DNA from: Chiloscyllium plagiosum | Lineage: Eukaryota | Assembly (NCBI RefSeq): GCF_004010195.1 | Contig: NC_057755.1 | Location: 4,115,462 to 4,179,461, forward strand | Length of the DNA: 64,000 nucleotides | Direction of reading: 5' to 3' | Shown here: in pieces, positions 62,050 through 64,000 of the stretch | How positions within the stretch are numbered: position 1 is the first letter of the stretch | Layout: each line of letters opens with the position of its first letter | Translations under genes and position numbers: made by a program | The notes under the pieces: generated by a model | Database searches by the model: none | What the model saw: only the letters and a program-made list of their open reading frames with translations | What the model was told of the DNA's origin: nothing

Positions 62050-63005
62050 GAACAGACCCTTCAGTCCAACTTGTCCGTGCTGATCGGCTATCCTAATCTA
62101 TTCTAGTCCCATTTGCCAGCACTTGAAGCATATCCCTCTGAACGATTTCTATTCATGTACCCATCCAGATGCATTTTAAATGTGGTAATTGTAGCAACCT
62201 CCACTACTTCACAGAACATAGAACATTACTGCGTAGTACAGGCCTTTTGGCCCATGTTGCGCCGATCTGTGGAATAAATCTGAACCCTATCTAACCTACA
62301 TTATTCGATTCTCATCCATGTGCCTATCCAATGACCATTGAAATGCCCTTAAGGTTGGTGAGTCTACTACTGTTGAAGGCAGTATGTCCAACGCCCCTGC
62401 TGCTGTCTGAGTAAAGAAACTACATCTGACATTTGTCCTATATCTATCGCTCCTCAGTTTAAAGCTATGTCCCCTCCTGTGAGCCATCACCATCCGAGGA
62501 AACAGGCTCTCACTGTCCAACCTATCTTACCCTCTGATTATCTTATTTGTCTTCATCTGGCAGCTCATTCCATACACACACCACTCTCTGCATGAAAAGC
62601 TTTCCCGTTAGGTCCTTTTTATATCTTTTCCCTCTCACCTTAAACATATGCTCCCTACTTTTGGACTCACTCACACCAGAGAAAAGACCTTCTCATAGCG
62701 CCGGGGACCCGGGTTCGATTTCAGCCTCAGATGACTGTCTTTGTGGAGATTCCACCTTCTCCCCGTGTCTGTGTGAGTTTCCTCCGGGTGCTCCAGTTTC
62801 CTCTAATAATCTAAAGAGTGCAGGTTAAGTGAATTGGCCATGCTAAATTTTTCATAGTGTTCAGGGATGTGGAGAGTAGGTGCAGTGGTCGGCAGAAATG
62901 CACAGCAAATGAGTAGAGGAATGGTTCTGAGTGGCTTAGTCTTCGGAGGCTCAGTGTTGGGACCAAATGACCTGTTTCCACACTATAGTAATCCCATGAT
63001 TCTAT
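62050..63005. mobile_element. Nested CR1 3' ends (-) followed by an HE1/V-SINE-like SINE (+, ~62692-63005)
   Basis: ORF 62296-62520 'RGHSFKLRSDRYRTNVRCSFFTQ..LP..VVDSPTL'; SINE 'ggggacccgggttcgatt...gtttcctccgggtgctccagtttcctc...gcaggttaagtgaattggccatgctaaat'. Confidence 0.75.
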
Positions 63006-63109
63006 TTACCATATCCCTGCACCTCACGACTTCCGGCAAATTTGAAGTTTCATAACATCTTTGCTGTGGAAGATCTAGCTCTTTCTTTTCTCCCACCCTC
63101 CAGCCAGGT

Positions 63110-64000
63110 TCGACATTATGGTGCAGCTTTTTAGCCTCCACTGTGCTTTTGTTTACCACTTTAACAAATTCACTGGCTAACCCTGTTTTTCTACATCCAT
63201 CATCCTTGTGCTTTTATCTAACCCACTAACACTGTGACTTCATGCAGCCTACTCTATTACTGCAGCTTTTTAACTTCTCTTTCCCCTTCATGGATGTCAT
63301 TTTACCTCGTGGTAAGTTATTCTTGTTCTCTTCACTGAGATCTACTTTTCCCTTCCCGCCTGAAGACTTCTCTGGTCTCCAATATTTTACCTCCTGGATT
63401 GAAATTGATGTCGGAAGCCAAGCTTTGATTTATGAACCAACTCATAACCATTAGCCGTTTCAGCTGCTAACCCTGCCATTTTAACTCTCTGCCCTCAGCA
63501 AGTCAGGCAGCATCCGAGGAGCAGGAAAATTGAGTTTTCAGTCAAAAACCCTTAATCAAAAATCATTTTGCCCGAAACATCGAGTTCCTGCTCCTTGCAT
63601 GCTGTCTGACTTGCTGTGTTTTTTCAGCACCACACTCATGATTCTTCCACATGAGTTCTCATTACCCCATAGTGAATTTTTTGAATTTCTCCAAAATAAT
63701 CAACTCTCTAAGAGTGTCATATGTTTGATCTATTTTAATGCCCTCATCCACCTCTCAAAATTACTTTGTTTGATCCTTTCAAGTTCAATGTATATTTGAC
63801 TGGGGTCCCTCCTGATATTCCTGAAACGTTGTCTGTAGACTTCTGGCTAAAGCTGATATGCATTTAAAATGGATTTCTTCAGTTCCTCATACGCTCTTGA
63901 TAGCTAATTTAGCTGTACCCACCAGTTTGGTCTGGACCAACAAAACCCAAATGGTCACTGGCCACTTCATTCTTTAGTCACTTTTGCAAATGAAATGAAA
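63110..64000 (-). mobile_element. Second Gmr1-like Gypsy gag fragment (runs off the window), with a Penelope hairpin insert at ~63496-63640
   Basis: Colinear with 48000-48740 (e.g. 'ttactttgtttgatcctttc', 'ggtcactggccacttcatt'); 'EVYRQRFRNIRRDP'. Confidence 0.8.

Overview
AT-rich, repeat-dense vertebrate genomic DNA. It is most likely from a cartilaginous fish (shark), inferred from HE1/V-SINE-like and SacSINE1/DeuSINE-like SINEs, abundant CR1 and Penelope elements, and shark-type GPR139-like and NACHT genes. Host genes: two convergent GPR139-like class A GPCR paralogues from an inverted duplication (copy A exon 2 at 3405-4291 +; copy B complete, two exons, at 42975-42909 and 37839-36956 -), a decayed FISNA-NACHT (NLR) pseudo-exon (~53700-55438 +) and two tRNA-Gly(TCC) pseudogenes. 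The centrepiece is a near full-length, frameshifted class I endogenous retrovirus (20754-29439 -). It has two LTRs, a tRNA-Pro PBS, HERV-I-like gag-pro-pol and a gamma-type env of apparently different affinity, and it is flanked by a perfect 53-bp duplication instead of a normal short TSD. Other mobile DNA includes a ~1-kb solo LTR with a 5-bp TSD, Gmr1-like Gypsy remnants, Tx1/L1, RTE and many CR1 fragments. Several Penelope-like element families are present, whose termini carry minimal hammerhead ribozyme cores, including ~220-bp palindromic mini-elements with their own TSDs. Repeat boundaries were read by eye and are approximate unless a TSD or terminus is quoted.
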